From Eledone cirrhosa (lineage: Eukaryota), in assembly GCA_964016885.1 (NCBI GenBank), contig OZ024749.1, forward strand, positions 1,736,001-1,800,000: a DNA stretch of 64,000 nucleotides. Direction: 5' to 3'. Under the pieces are notes generated by a model, which saw nothing but the letters and a program-made list of their open reading frames with translations, made no database searches and was not told where the DNA came from. How positions within the stretch are numbered: the stretch's first letter is position 1; each line of letters opens with the position of its first letter. Position numbers and translations under genes: made by a program. This document shows positions 40,873 through 58,622 of the stretch, piece by piece.

Positions 40873-41255
40873 TATCTATATATATATATATATATATTTA
40901 TCCATATACATATATATATCCATATATATACGTATATGTATACCCATATATAACAGAGAATACATATAGGGGAATATGTACAAAAGGATGAACAAATCTT
41001 TCTTTGTATATCAACAAATACCGAACCAAAAGGTCGAAAGATAGTTTGTAAAAACGAACAAACATGTAAATCAATCCAGAATGAAAGAATAGCCTAGTCT
41101 GTAGGCATCGTTGCTGGCTCAACTGATCTTTAATACTTGTAACTGTATATCCATGTATTTGGTTGTTTTTCTAGGGCCACAGAAGACATGTTTCTATGGA
41201 AGTAAGCATTCACACATATAGATATGTATATTATATGATGTGTATATATATGTAA

Positions 41256-41386
<131 letters not shown>

Positions 41387-41509
41387 ATATAGCTTTTGAT
41401 TCCAGAGTCGGGCTAGATCGATACAGATCGAACCTTGAGCTGATCAATAGCGAAACGCACATCACCACACAATAAACATAATGAAGTCATAACAAATCGT
41501 CCTTTTTAT

Positions 41510-41650
<141 letters not shown>

Positions 41651-41657
41651 GTATATA

Positions 41658-41715
<58 letters not shown>

Positions 41716-41801
41716 TGTATATATATGTATATATATATATATATGTATAATATATATATATATGTATAATATATATATATATATATATATACATATATAT
41801 G

Positions 41802-41833
<32 letters not shown>

Positions 41834-42037
41834 TATGTGTGGAGGAGGATATTTATATATACATATATGTATATATACATATATATACATATATATATAT
41901 GTATATATATATGTATATGTATATGTATATGTGTGTGTGTGTGTCTATTTATATACATATATATGTGTATATATATATATATGGATATATAATACATGAA
42001 ATACAATGCTTACATATATATATATATATATACATAA

Positions 42038-42112
<75 letters not shown>

Positions 42113-42496
42113 TATATATATATACATACATACATACATTCATATATATATATATAATCACATATCTAAATAGATATATGTATGCCCGTAAGTAAACACC
42201 TTAAATCGAAGAATTTTCAGACGAAATTGGTAAATCTTGTTTAACATTGCCACAGACATTAAGGCCTCTAGAATCTTTAAGAGAAAGATTCGACTCATAA
42301 CTGTGTAATTCCCAACAGAAACAAGAATAACAACCAGAATAGAAGGAAGAATAACAACAGCAACAACAACTGGAACAACAACAACAATAACAGCAACAAT
42401 AACTGGAACAACAACAACAATAACAGTAACAATAACTGGAACAACAACGTAATGGAAACCACAAGAACAAAGTTTAAACAGAAATATAAAGGTGAC

Positions 42497-42535
<39 letters not shown>

Positions 42536-42563
42536 TATACATACATACATATATATACATATA

Positions 42564-42601
<38 letters not shown>

Positions 42602-43002
42602 TACATTTATATACATATATATATATACATATATACACATACATATATATATATGTATATATACATATATATACATACATACACATATATATATATATAT
42701 ATAAATGGTCATATACTATCTACATTGTAATATAATACAGAGTTTATTAACCTAAATTATATCGACAATACAACTTGTCAAATAAATAAATCTAATTATA
42801 AAGATATAAGTTAATGACTATATTTAATATCGTCATTCCGAACAGTAGCGTCAAGCCTGAATAGAAATATCATTCATTATTCCTAGATTTCTATTTAATT
42901 CTGAATATTTCGAATCAAATATTTCCTATTTTCTATATTTTATCTCGTTGTACCCTCTCAGTTTGTGTTTGCCATAATTCTTCTTATAACTGTTATGCAA
43001 TA

Positions 43003-43049
43003 CGCCTGATGATGTCGCTAGGATTTTACTGGCCTTTGAAATATATGCG
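43003..43049 (+). ncRNA. Decayed hammerhead-like motif
   Basis: cgc CTGATGA tgtc gctag gatttta ctggc cttt GAAA TATAT gcg, then aaaataaa. Confidence 0.5.
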
Positions 43050-43115
43050 AAAATAAAACTTTAAATGAATTTCACCAATTCGGCCTCATTTCAATATTAT
43101 ATATGTATATATATG

Positions 43116-43289
<174 letters not shown>

Positions 43290-43316
43290 TATAAATATAT
43301 ATATACATATATATAT

Positions 43317-43425
<109 letters not shown>

Positions 43426-43436
43426 TACATATATAC

Positions 43437-43502
<66 letters not shown>

Positions 43503-43521
43503 ATATATATATATATATATA

Positions 43522-43589
<68 letters not shown>

Positions 43590-43615
43590 AACATATATAT
43601 ATATATATATATATA

Positions 43616-43736
<121 letters not shown>

Positions 43737-43832
43737 TAGCTCTAGTTTTTTAACTATTGAGCGCTTGCCAGCATTTCTACGATTTTGCGTTTCGTTTCGC
43801 TTTTTCTACCAGCCGAAATACGATTCTCGCTG

Positions 43833-43888
<56 letters not shown>

Positions 43889-44494
43889 CCTCAATCAAAT
43901 AGTCAATGAATCAATCAATCGATTAGTCAGTGCAGCAATCACATTTACGCATTTTCACGTTATTAACCTCTTCAGTATTTTTCAACCTTCTAATGTCCGC
44001 CATTTTAAACGTTCTACTTTTCGCATTTTTGTTGGTCCTTTTTGTAATGTTTAACTATTTTCTTTACTCGTTTATATATTTCATCAGTGCATTTATTTCA
44101 TCATTTATTTATCCTTATTGTGTATTTATTCTATGATATTCTTTTATTTACTGATCATAGAAATGTTTAATTATCGTTAATTATCGTGAAATGAAAGAAA
44201 GGAAACATTAAATACAAAACAAAACGAAAACGTATAAAACAACTTAAAAAAAATACGACGATAACAACAACACATCTAACATACGTAAACATATCCTGGT
44301 CCCTTAAAAAGGGGATCAAAACAACAACACTTGCTGTAGGAATTTGTCATTTTCCTTTTTTTGGTGATTATTTTTCTCCTGTTTTTTTTTTCTTCGTCTG
44401 TAAAAATCCTTGTCGAATGTGTTTTTAAAAGATAAGTTGTTTATTATTTACACAAATGCATATACACACATACTTCTTATCTAGATATGCCATA

Positions 44495-44561
<67 letters not shown>

Positions 44562-44749
44562 GTAGATCATTTTAAAATCTAATCCCTTTTCTACAATTCA
44601 TTTTTTTTTAAAAGGGTTATTATATTTTGAAATGATTAAGTGACTTTTGAGCGAGCCTGTACACACACATACATACACACATATATGTATATCTACATGC
44701 AAATACACACACACACACGCACACACACATATATACATATGTATATGCA

Positions 44750-44806
<57 letters not shown>

Positions 44807-46387
44807 TCTTTTCCTTGAACATTTCCCAGTCTGAAGAAAATCGTTTTTTCAATCAGTTATGGATCCGGTTGAGGCCCAAGAACTTGCAGATTGATGTAAA
44901 TCAATATAGATAAAGATATTGATATTGATATTGGTGATTTAAGCATTGTGTGAACTCCTCCTTCTCCTATAATCATTATCCTTTTATTCTTTTCTTTTAA
45001 ATTCTTTTAGAAGCACCATTTCCTTCTCTTTCTTCATTTATCATCATCATCATCAACATCATCAACATCATCAACATCATCGTTATCATTATTTTTGTAG
45101 TTATAGTAAATACTTGTTTTGTCAGAGTAACTGTCGTTTTCGTCATTATTGTTATCATTATTATTATTGTTATTATTGTTTTGAAATAAACTACTTTCTG
45201 TAAAAATTGAAATTCCATATCGTTATGATATGCACACACACTTCCACATCCCACACACATACACACATGTGTGTATGTTATGATATGCACACACACTTCC
45301 ACATCCCACACACATACACACATGTGTATGTGTATATTTGTATAAAGGTTGTGATATATATATATAGTTTTTTTCGTTGGTATTTATTGAAATTTATTTC
45401 AACACCGTGTAGTTAAATACTCTTCTCAGCTCATTCAAAATCGAAATATCGTCACCCTGGCAACTCCATTATTCCAGTATTGAATCAGTTACCACAGATA
45501 AAGCAACTTGCCTCATCAGTCGCCATCATAAATTCCAAATATTTATGTTTAATAGTGACTTTTTACTTCTGTGTTCCGTCGGTAATAGTTTCTCAATACC
45601 AGTAATATCCGTGGAACAGTCAAGTAAACAGTCACTAATTATAAATAAATATTATCGTAACACAGCAAATAGTATTGAGTCCTTTACTCAGTGTTTGTTT
45701 AGTGTATTTATATACACAAGACTGATTGAAATCAAACACATATATATATATATGTGTGTGTGTATGTGTGTGTGTGTATGTAAATATATATATATGTGTG
45801 CGTGTGTGTGTGTGTGAGTGTGTGTAAATATGTATATATACATATGTATATATTAATAAGTTGACGATATATAATGTATATATATCAATCCTCATACAAA
45901 AATACACATACATACACATATATTTAATAACCCTCATACAAACATACACACTCACACAAATACATATATATACACACGTGTTTAGTCCTGTGTTTTTATG
46001 TAAAACAATTTTGGTAATATTTTCTCTCTATATATGTCTGAGTTAATATAATTATTTTTTTCAAACGAAGTAGCTTCCAAAGTTATTTTTAAGATTTTTT
46101 TTTTATAAATACAAAAATATTGAATATTCGCAGTTCTAGAATATTCTTAGAATCTGCTGATGCTGAAATTACATGATTCTTTCTTGCTCTCTCTCACTCG
46201 CTCTCCCCCCACCTTGTCGCTCCTTCTCCACCTGCCACTGTTTAATACAGTTTTCATTTCGTACAATTATTGTTAGTATCATCAATATTATTGTTGCTGT
46301 TATAGTAATAGTAGTAGTAGTAATAGTAGTAATAGTAGTTGTAGTTGTTGTAGTAGTAGTAGTAGTAGGAGTAGTTTTGTTGTTGCT

Positions 46388-46468
46388 CTTACGTCACTTC
46401 CTCTGCATCCGAAGCCATTTGTGTTTCTTAGAAGTAGACTGTGATTTCCGGTCTTTCATCTCGTAAGT
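46388..46468 (+). promoter_or_regulatory. Candidate promoter and first non-coding exon
   Basis: ETS-CRE composite acgtcacttcc (46391-46401), gccattt YY1-like, ETS atttccggt (46444-46452), donor gtaagt (46463-46468). Confidence 0.35.
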
Positions 46469-46496
46469 ATTTATCATAGCCATTCTGTACCTGTTA

Positions 46497-46568
<72 letters not shown>

Positions 46569-46799
46569 TAATGACAATAATAATAATAATTCGATGCGTT
46601 CTTTCGGGTTATGAATAATATTAGTTTTAATTTTGTTTTGAAAGTATAAAATAAATTTAAGAAATATTATGATCCAATGATTATCAGATATGAAGGCTAT
46701 TAAATGCGGAAATATCCACTTTATAAATAAATGTTTTGATATTACACTGAAAAAAATCTCTTCAGCATTTTCTACTGAAAAAATCTTTTCCCTCTCTAC

Positions 46800-46889
<90 letters not shown>

Positions 46890-46990
46890 TGTATGTATGT
46901 ATGTATGTATGTATGTATGTATGTATGTATGTATACATATAAAAACAAATAGTAGAGAGGAAAACGATTTATATATATATATATATATAT

Positions 46991-47069
<79 letters not shown>

Positions 47070-47174
47070 GGGGAGAAATATAAAATATTCATTGAAATAC
47101 ACCACCACTTCCAGAATTAACAACCTGAAACTACATGGCTGTGTAGCTACATGGCTGGGAAGCTACATGGATGT

Positions 47175-47339
47175 AATAATGGTTTCTGATTTAGGCACAA
47201 GGTGGGTAGAGGAAAGTCGATTAAATCGACACCAGTACATTACTAGTACTTTATTTTATCGATCCGGTAAGGATGAAAGGCAAAGTAAACCTCGGCGGGA
47301 TTTGAACTCAGACGGTAAAGGGCTGTAACTCTATGCTTC
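47175..47339 (-). mobile_element. S1-related SINE fragment; another decayed copy at about 48600-48787
   Basis: tactttattttatcgatccggtaaggatgaaaggcaaagtaaacctcggcgggatttgaactcag. Confidence 0.8.
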
Positions 47340-47617
47340 ATGTAAATAATTTACTGCAGCATTCTACTTAATATTTTCCTTTGTTACGTCTCGTAAAAAT
47401 AATTCTTACTAACATTAGCTGAAGGCTTACATCGATTACATCGATCATATCGCCAGCAGTACTTGACACTTTACTGACATCGGAAGGACCTTTATGGCAA
47501 GATTACGCTGAAAACGCTGGTTCACACCTCTTAATAAGGACGACAGTAATAATAATAATAATAAACAATAATAGCAATAATAATAATAATATTAATAGCA
47601 ATAATAATAATAATAGC

Positions 47618-47657
<40 letters not shown>

Positions 47658-47996
47658 GCAATAATAATAGAGCTAATCAATACATAAGTGTATGAATAAA
47701 TGTTTGTTAATTCTGGAATAATGGCGTTGTTTTAATTATGGTAAAAATGAAGTGAAATGAATCATAATATTTGCATTAATAAGAATGGAATGCATCATTA
47801 CGTTAACTAATTAACCATTCATTTTATCAGTGAAAGTGCTTAGAACAATTAACGAATTAATTTTATGTTAGAAGATTAGCGACAATAATGTATTTAGAAA
47901 AGAATAACAATCGTGTTTAAAAAATCTTTTAAAACGTTAATAACTGAAGAAATACAATTTAATAAAACATAATGAAATTTAAATTTAAACAAAAAT

Positions 47997-48110
<114 letters not shown>

Positions 48111-48146
48111 TATATAATATATATATATATAATATATATATAATAT

Positions 48147-48189
<43 letters not shown>

Positions 48190-48291
48190 TATATATAATA
48201 TATATATATATAATATATATATATATAATATATATATATATAATATATATATATATAATATATATATATATAATATATATATATATAATAT

Positions 48292-48339
<48 letters not shown>

Positions 48340-48428
48340 TATATATATATATATTATATATATATATATATATTATATATATATATATTATATATTTATA
48401 TTATATATATATATATATATATTTATAT

Positions 48429-48488
<60 letters not shown>

Positions 48489-49283
48489 CAACTTAACAAA
48501 GCAGTAAAGTGAAGTTAGATTACATAGAGACATATATTTTTATATGTATATAGTGAAGCAAGACAATATTGAAAACAACAGAATCAACAGTGTATATGCC
48601 GATTAAATAACACCAGTATATCACTGGTATTTTATTTTATAGACATGTGAAAGGTTAGAATAAAAAAAAAAGGAAATATCGTCCTCGGCGAGATTTGAAC
48701 TCAGATCTCAGTAAAGGGAGACGTAATCAAGTATCTGAATGGAATTTAATTCCGTCCGTTACTCTACTGATTCTGTTCATCGCCTCCGTCAGGTTGGATA
48801 ATCACAGTAACAACATCAATGCCTACATTCATTCAGTAGAAGGAAAAATCAGGCGCATGCGCATGCGCCGATATATAAATTGGGTGGTAGTGTATTGGAA
48901 ACAACATCAAAACAATCAAACAAAGAAATAAAATAAAAATAAACAAACGAAGAGATATATAGAAGCAGACAATAAATATTGCAAAGGTGTCTGACGTGCA
49001 AGAATCTTCAAATGCTTCAACCATGCTTCTTACAATAAACCATTCAAAAATACTTGCGAGTTCTATCGCTATATCATTATTTCGGAGATCAACTTCTAAT
49101 TGAGACAAGGTGTAAAGATGTTTTCACCCTTTGCTCCAAACATGGTGAGAGAACTTTGTTTGGTTCAAAATGGAAGAAATTACCCAGCTAATCTAACATG
49201 GAAGTTATCAACATCCGGTACACATTAAATAGACATATCTTATCTCTAACTTGCATAGTTGCGTTTTAGTTTTAATTATTTTT

Positions 49284-49326
<43 letters not shown>

Positions 49327-49368
49327 TATATATATGATACTATTAATGATGACAAAAAAAGGAAAACT

Positions 49369-49406
<38 letters not shown>

Positions 49407-49913
49407 TAAAATATATATGTATGTATGTATGCATGTATGTATGTATGTACATATATATGTATACATTCAAACATACACACACACAGACACACACACACAC
49501 GAACACCCATACAAACATTCAAATACAAACACACACATATATATGTAGAGAATATCAACAAGAAAAACGCTCTCTATATAAACAGAGCTAATGTATTACT
49601 GGAACAGTTATCAAAACGTTATTTTTTCATGAAAACACGTGAGAAACCAGCTCTATGTATTCATGAAGCGTTCAGCACCTCATGGATAGGGCGCTAGTCC
49701 ATCGTAAGTTTGGCACTCAGCAGCTTATGGGGTATACTATACATTGTTTTATATACACGGTTAGATTGTTCCAATTCCGTTGTTCCAAATAAATAAAACA
49801 AAAGTCCCAATGCGCATGCGCAAGACCCTGCAGGTGAATATGTTTATGTGTGTATAAATGTATATACACAATTAATATTATATACATATGTATACATACA
49901 TGCATGCATACAT

Positions 49914-50046
<133 letters not shown>

Positions 50047-50552
50047 TGTATATATAGTGTATATATATATATATATATTCCCTTCACATACATATAACAT
50101 AATTTAATACATGGCTTATTAATGTGATATTAACATTATTTGCATATATACAATTACATGAATTTTGTGATATACACGATAGTGTTGTTGTTGTTGTGGT
50201 AGTGGTGGTGGGGGACTAATACAATTAGTGCAACTGAAAAGTAGGAATACGATAACTCTACTACGATTTCCCATTCACAAGATAAGCGTTTCAAGTCTTT
50301 CTGAATTAAGATGGAGATCAATATTTGTCTAGGTGAAAATAACATTGATGTATCTCTAAACTGTATATAGACTCACTAACGATGTTTGACCTCCAATAAA
50401 CAGTCATTTTATTTAGACATTTCGTTTAACTTGTTGCTGTTGCATTACTATATATAATTATCTAATCATAGCTAATTATAATTTCGTTTGAAATTGTGAT
50501 TTTTGCTTTCTTCGTTATATATATATACATATATATATATATACATATATAT

Positions 50553-50715
<163 letters not shown>

Positions 50716-50717
50716 TT

Positions 50718-50749
<32 letters not shown>

Positions 50750-50751
50750 TT

Positions 50752-50867
<116 letters not shown>

Positions 50868-50869
50868 TT

Positions 50870-50901
<32 letters not shown>

Positions 50902-50973
50902 TTTATATATATTTATATATATATATATACATATATTTATATATATTTATATATATATTTATATATATACATA

Positions 50974-51039
<66 letters not shown>

Positions 51040-51052
51040 TATACATTTATAT

Positions 51053-51099
<47 letters not shown>

Positions 51100-53778
51100 T
51101 ATGGGTGGATTCCAGGTGAGTATCAGGATGTGACCACAATTATAAAAGGTACTCGCTTATCGAGTGGGGTGGAACTCGTCAAAGGAAACAATGTTTCCAT
51201 TGGTCTTTCCATTCCTGATATTATCTACCAGTCGCAACTCTTGGCAGAAATATATATATATAAACACTTTCATACAAATATATAATATATGTGTATGTAT
51301 AATAAACCAAAAGTCAAAGATGAAACTTAGTTTTTCACTAACAGTAACCAGATATCTATTTCTCGCTTTCCATACTTTTATCTTTCCAACTCGATTATCT
51401 CCTCTTGTCCTCTGCAATACCCGCCAGGGTAACCATAGAACTTCTCTTTACAGCCATCTTTCAAGCCGGTGGACCCACCAGGGACTATCGCCTACCCTCT
51501 TTTCAGCCGTCCTTTGAAGCAGATGTAATTTCTGTTTCCATGAAGCCCCTAATCCTTCGCCAAGTGTTTTATTATTTGTGTTGTTTGTATTTCTCTTCTA
51601 AGTGGCGGGCTGTTTGATCTTGGTATCACAGCCCTTCTGTTCTTGCCTGTCTACTCTTTTATACATGGTGCTTATATACAATTTTGATACTCGTCAAACT
51701 TAAATTTCTGTCTGTGCGTTATCCGTACATAGTTTTCTGTCCCTCGCATTATTTCATCTCTTTCAAACGACGCTTTCCGAATTTAGAAGTAACCTTGTGG
51801 TAGAACTTTAAGCTGTCTACCCTCGGAAAAACCGTTGGTTTCGAGGAATAGATTAATGGTGAAATATATTTCTTCAATGAAATATAAACAAAGGAGATTA
51901 ATTGGGTAATTGCTGGCCTTGTGCCTAAAGTAGAAACAATTATTGCAAGGTATCTATACTCAAGGTTCTTATTAATTTTTAATGTTACCTCCGTAACTAT
52001 GTGTGTCTATACTCTTTACAAATTATACCCTGTAATTGTTTGATTTGTTTATTTTATATATATATATATGTCATTCGACTTTTAATTTAATGTTAATAAA
52101 TGCACGGATTTATTACTTGGAATCTCTGAGCTTATCGCACAGGTGATATGGCGCATGCTTCTGATATTCTCAGACGTGACATCTTTAATATAATTTTGGT
52201 AGTATATATATATATATTGTTCTCTCTCTCTCTCTATATATATACATATATACATTTGGTCTTTGTACCGACTGACCCGATCATCAATTGTTTAATGTGA
52301 GCTGTAATTACATTTATTGATAACCATAATTAATTTGTGAGATATATCAATAATGTCGATGCTTTTATTGGACGATTTGATGATCGTTACGTCGCTGGTC
52401 ATATTGAACTATGACAGAATTCTGCAGAGATATACTCTGCAGCTGTTTAACCCAGTGGGACAGTGACTCGTACGATATCGCCATACAGTGAAACACCACG
52501 TGCTATTGTGATTTAGTTAAAATCAAAATGTCTGATTCCACCTTATTTTTCTATCTCTGTTTAAAAGTAAATATCTTTTGTTTATGGCAACACTTTAAAA
52601 GAAATTCACCATACATTTTGCTGGATTTCAGACGACTAACATTTCATATCCAACAAGTAGCTCTCTATCAGCGTTTCTCTTTATTAATCAATCCTCTTGT
52701 TCCTCTGAATCTCTTTCACCAATCTGACTTTCACCTACTTAACCCTGTAATCCTGGTTCTTTCGCTGTCAGTGCACTCTCTCTTCTAGTCACTTTGTCTT
52801 GAAGAAATAGAGAAAAACACAGAGTACAGTGGTATCTTGAATCTTTGAGGGTGTAAGATAACCTCTCGATGTCTGATGCCGATTTAAAATGTCCTCACTA
52901 CACTCTTGGCGAACGAAGGGAGACAACGTAGTTTCAAGACAACTCTTTAGAATTGCCGTGGAGGGGAGATCATCGCTAGCTGCCACGATAAAATATAGCC
53001 AGCATATTGTGTAAAGTGAGCGAATGCTAGAAATGAAAGCTACGAACGAGACGACAGGTCAGTCCATTAGGTAGAATAACAACTGACTCGTACCGTGACA
53101 ATATGCTTGGCGTATGACAACATGGTGGAAAAGTGGAAGAAAAACAGTGATGATGTTATATGCACATACACACTGACACACACACTCTCTCTTACTCTCT
53201 CCCTCTCACACACACAAACACTCTCTTACTCTCTCTCTCCCACACACACATATGTATATACATGTGTGTATGTATATACATATATAGAGGCAAATAATGT
53301 CAGATATGGACAGAAGAAAAGACATTGTTCATCTAGGAAAGTCAACATTTCGAGGCTCTAGCGATCAATATGGATGTCATTTTCTTCAGTTAGAAAATTC
53401 TGGGGTCACACTGATTGGTATATTATATAGAAAACCTATAATTGAGGGTGTCACATGATCCTAAATACAAAAAAAAACCAACAATAATGACAACAACAAT
53501 AATTATCACAGTAAACATTGCAGAAACCCACCTACCCACGTGTACGTATATACAACATTTCACACACATGCATACACACACAGGCACACACATATGCGTG
53601 TGTATAGACATATATATATATATGTGTGTGTGTGCATGTGTATATACGTATATATATATATAGATGTATACACACACACACATATATATATATTTATGTA
53701 TATAATAAGCATATACATAAGTATATATATATATATAGATGTATACACGCACACACATATATTTATGTATATACATAA

Positions 53779-53818
<40 letters not shown>

Positions 53819-53966
53819 GCATATATACATATATATATACATATATATATATACATATATATATATATGTATATAGATATATATGTATATATATATGTAT
53901 ATATGCATATACATATATATACATAAGTATATATATATATGTATATATACATATATACATATATAC

Positions 53967-54044
<78 letters not shown>

Positions 54045-54085
54045 TTATATGTGTGTATGTATGTATGTGTATATAAATATATATT

Positions 54086-54122
<37 letters not shown>

Positions 54123-54124
54123 GC

Positions 54125-54169
<45 letters not shown>

Positions 54170-54715
54170 AGTATATATATATATGTATATGCATATATAC
54201 ATATATATATCTATATATATACACATATATATATATACACATTTATATGTGTGTATGTATGTATGTATATGTATATATATATTTAAGTATATATATATAT
54301 ATATATATATATATACTCCATATACACACGCATATACGCAGATATTTATATACGACAAAAGAAGGTAATTTGTTAAGATACAGCCTAGATGAAGACACCT
54401 AGATAAGAGACGAGGTGTAACTCTGGTGTAACTCTGGTGTAAATCTGGTGTGACAACATGAAGTAATATAGAGCATTCGCTATAACAACATGCTAAGTTC
54501 TCCTATATATCACTAGAGTGTGTGGATGTCTACACACACACACGTTTGCATGGGTGTGTATGTGTGTCTGTCTTATATGTGTGTGATAAGTGCCCATGTA
54601 TACACACATGCCTTCTATGTGGAAATATATCTGTGAGATTGAAAATGCATTAAATACACGTTTTTATATATATGCATACATACACACACACGCACGCACA
54701 CACACATATACATAT

Positions 54716-54771
<56 letters not shown>

Positions 54772-54824
54772 GGAAAGAGAAACGAAAGAATATGTGTGAA
54801 TATGTGAATACATGTAGAACATCG

Positions 54825-54866
<42 letters not shown>

Positions 54867-55399
54867 CATACACACACATATATATATAGATATATAAAAA
54901 AAGTACAATTTTCGGAGCTCGAAGAACCAGATTGGACTAAGACGTTGACATGCTGTTGTGTATGGTATGAAGATGTACAGATTAAAACAAATAAAAATAC
55001 AGGGAAATAAAGGGAGAAAAGAAGAGATATAACAAGACTAAATGGAGAAGAAGAAGGGGGAGGAGGACGGGAAGGAGAGAATGAGAAGGAGGGGAGGAGG
55101 AGAAGAAGGAGGAGGAGAGGAAAAGAAAAGGAGGAGAAGAAGAATGAGGGGGAGATGAAGGAGGGGGAGGGGAGGGTAGAAGAAGAAGAAGGAGGGGAGG
55201 AAAAGGAGGAGGAGAGAAGGAAGGGGAGTGGAAAGAAGAAGAAGAAGAAGAAGAAGAAGAAGAAGAAGGAGGAGGAGCAGGAGGAAATATAAAGATGGCA
55301 GTGTGTTGAAATAATGGAAGAGCAATTAGCAGACTTAGAAATAATTATATTTTAAAGACATACGCCATACTTCTCAACGGTGTTGTGACGTGGTGTAAG

Positions 55400-55438
<39 letters not shown>

Positions 55439-55473
55439 GTGTATGTGTATGTGTGTGTGTATATCCATATATG

Positions 55474-55554
<81 letters not shown>

Positions 55555-55808
55555 TATTGACTGACACGGGGAGTAAAGTTTATTCTTTATTATGGTTAAG
55601 TGGTGACTTTTGTTACTCAGGCGTTTCACTTGTGTAGTCACGTGATCAAAGCTCTAGAGTAATAAGAATATATAATGTTGAAATTAGTATATTTTGTCGT
55701 AGGCCAAGATGTGTATTAGTTGGACCAACATAAGTATGTTTGAAAAACCATGTTGCATCTACGAAACCGTAGGTATAGAACTAAATATACTATCTATGGC
55801 ACTTGTAT

Positions 55809-55863
<55 letters not shown>

Positions 55864-56204
55864 AATGCATGCATGTCTTCATGTATGTATGTATGTATGT
55901 ATGTATGTATGTATGTATGTATGTATGTATGTATGTATGTGTATGTATGTAACGGAAAGGCACCAAAGAGGTAATCCAACAAACTCTATATAAGTCTATA
56001 TATACACTAAAAGACTTTCAGCAGCATAAGCAACAAACAATTCGTGCAGTTAAGGCGAAAGCAGGGTAGTGGTGCCGTGTTGGGGACATTAATGTTGTTG
56101 TTGGTGGTGGTAGTGGTGGTACTGTCGGTAGTGTTGATGGTAGTGGTAGTGGTTGTCGTGGTGGTGGTTGTAGTGATGGTTATATTGGTGGTTTTGGTGA
56201 TGGT

Positions 56205-58533
56205 GGGTTGATGTGTGTCATAGGAGAGTATGGAGGGGTGGGGAAACAGGGTTGATGTGTGTCATAGGAGAGTATGGAGGGGTGGGGAAACAGGGTTGAT
56301 GTGTCATAGGAGAGTATGGAGGGGTGGGGAAACAGGGTTGATGTGTGTCATAGGAGAGTATGGAGGGGTGGGGAAACAGTGTTGATGTATGTCATAGGAG
56401 AGTATGGAGGGGGTGGGGAAACAGGGTTGATGTGTGTCATAGGAGAGTATGGAGGGGTGGGGAAACAGTGTTGATGTATGTCATAGGAGAGTATGGAGGG
56501 GGTGGGGAAACAGGGTTGATGTATGTCATAGGAGAGTATGGAGGGGTGGGGAAACAGTGTTGATGTGTGTCATAGGAGAGTATGGAGGGGGTGGGGAAAC
56601 AGTGTTGATGTGTCATAGGAGAGGATGGAGGGGGTGGGGAAACAGGGTTGATGTGTGTCATAGGAGAGTATGGAGGGGGTGGGGAAACAGGGTTGATGTG
56701 TGTCATAGGAGAGTATGGAGGGGTGGGGAAACAGGGTTGATGTGTGTCATAGGAGAGTATGGAGGGGTGGGGAAACAGGGTTGATGTGTGTCATAGGAGA
56801 GTATGGAGGGGGTGGGGAAACAGGGTTGATGTGTGTCATAGGAGAGTATGGAGGGGTGGGGAAACAGTGTTGATGTATGTCATAGGAGAGTATGGAGGGG
56901 TGGGGAAACAGGGTTGATGTATGTCATAGGAGAGTATGGAGGGGTGGGGAAACAGGGTTGATGTGTGTCATAGGAGAGTATGGAGGGGTGGGGAAACAGG
57001 GTTGATGTGTGTCATAGGAGAGTATGGAGGGGTGGGGAAACAGTGTTGATGTGTGTCATAGGAGAGTATGGAGGGGTGGGGAAACAGGGTTGATGTATGT
57101 CATAGGAGAGTATGGAGGGGTGGGGAAACAGTGTTGATGTATGTCATAGGAGAGTATGGAGGGGTGGGGAAACAGGGTTGATGTGTGTCATAGGAGAGTA
57201 TGGAGGGGTGGGGAAACAGGGTTGATGTGTGTCATAGGAGAGTATGGAGGGGTGGGGAAACAGTGTTGATGTGTGTCATAGGAGAGTATGGAGGGGTGGG
57301 GAAACAGGGTTGATGTGTGTCATAGGAGAGTATGGAGGGGTGGGGAAACAGGGTTGATGTGTGTCATAGGAGAGTATGGAGGGGTGGGGAAACAGGGTTG
57401 ATGTGTCATAGGAGAGTATGGAGGGGTGGGGAAACAGGGTTGATGTGTCATAGGAGAGTATGGAGGGGTGGGGAAACAGGGTTGATGTGTGTCATAGGAG
57501 AGTATGGAGGGGTGGGGAAACACGGTTGATGTGTGTCATAGGAGAGTATGGAGGGGTGGGGAAACAGGGTTGATGTATGTCATAGGAGAGTATGGAGGGG
57601 TGGGGAAACAGGGTTGATGTGTGTCATAGGAGAGTATGGAGGGGGTGGGGAAACAGTGTTGATGTGTGTCATAGGAGAGTATGGAGGGGTGGGGAAACAG
57701 TGTTGATGTGTGTCATAGGAGAGTATGGAGGGGTGGGGAAACAGGGTTGATGTGTGTCATAGGAGAGTATGGAGGGGTGGGGAAACAGTGTTGATGTGTG
57801 TCATAGGAGAGTATGGAGGGGTGGGGAAACAGGGTTGATGTATGTCATAGGAGAGTATGGAGGGGTGGGGAAACAGGGTTGATGTGTCATAGGAGAGTAT
57901 GGAGGGGTGGGGAAACAGGGTTGATGTGTGTCATAGGAGAGTATGGAGGGGGTGGGGAAACAGTGTTGATGTGTGTCATAGGAGAGTATGGAGGGGTGGG
58001 GAAACAGGGTTGATGTATGTCATAGGAGAGTATGGAGGGGTGGGGAAACAGGGTTGATGTGTGTCATAGGAGAGTATGGAGGGGTGGGGAAACAGGGTTG
58101 ATGTGTGTCATAGGAGAGGATGGAGGGGGTGGGGAAACAGGGTTGATGTATGTCATAGGAGAGTATGGAGGGGGTGGGGAAACAGTGTTGATGTGTGTCA
58201 TAGGAGAGTATGGAGGGGTGGGGAAACAGGGTTGATGTGTGTCATAGGAGAGGATGGAGGGGTGGGGAAACAGGGTTGATGTATGTCATAGGAGAGTATG
58301 GAGGGGTGGGGAAACAGGGTTGATGTGTGTCATAGGAGAGTATGGAGGGGTGGGGAAACAGGGTTGATGTGTGTCATAGGAGAGGATGGAGGGGTGGGGA
58401 AACAGGGTTGATGTGTGTCATAGGAGAGTATGGAGGGGTGGGGAAACAGGGTTGATGTATGTCATAGGAGAGTATGGAGGGGGTGGGGAAACAGGGTTGA
58501 TGTGTGTCATAGGAGAGTATGGAGGGGGTGGGG
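56205..58533. repeat. 42-45-bp G-rich minisatellite (gggttgatgtgtgtcataggagagtatggaggggtggggaaaca)
   Basis: About 53 tandem copies. Confidence 0.97.
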
Positions 58534-58622
58534 AGCAATGAGATCGGAGTAAGAAGAAGAAGAATATTACGACAAATATGTAGAAGTAAAAAAGAATCGA
58601 ATGAAGATATAGAAAAGAAAAC

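Noticed and set aside
48853-49822. NRF1-type GCGCATGCGC sites at 48853 and 49811
   Set aside because: Isolated motifs among repeat fragments with no other promoter evidence
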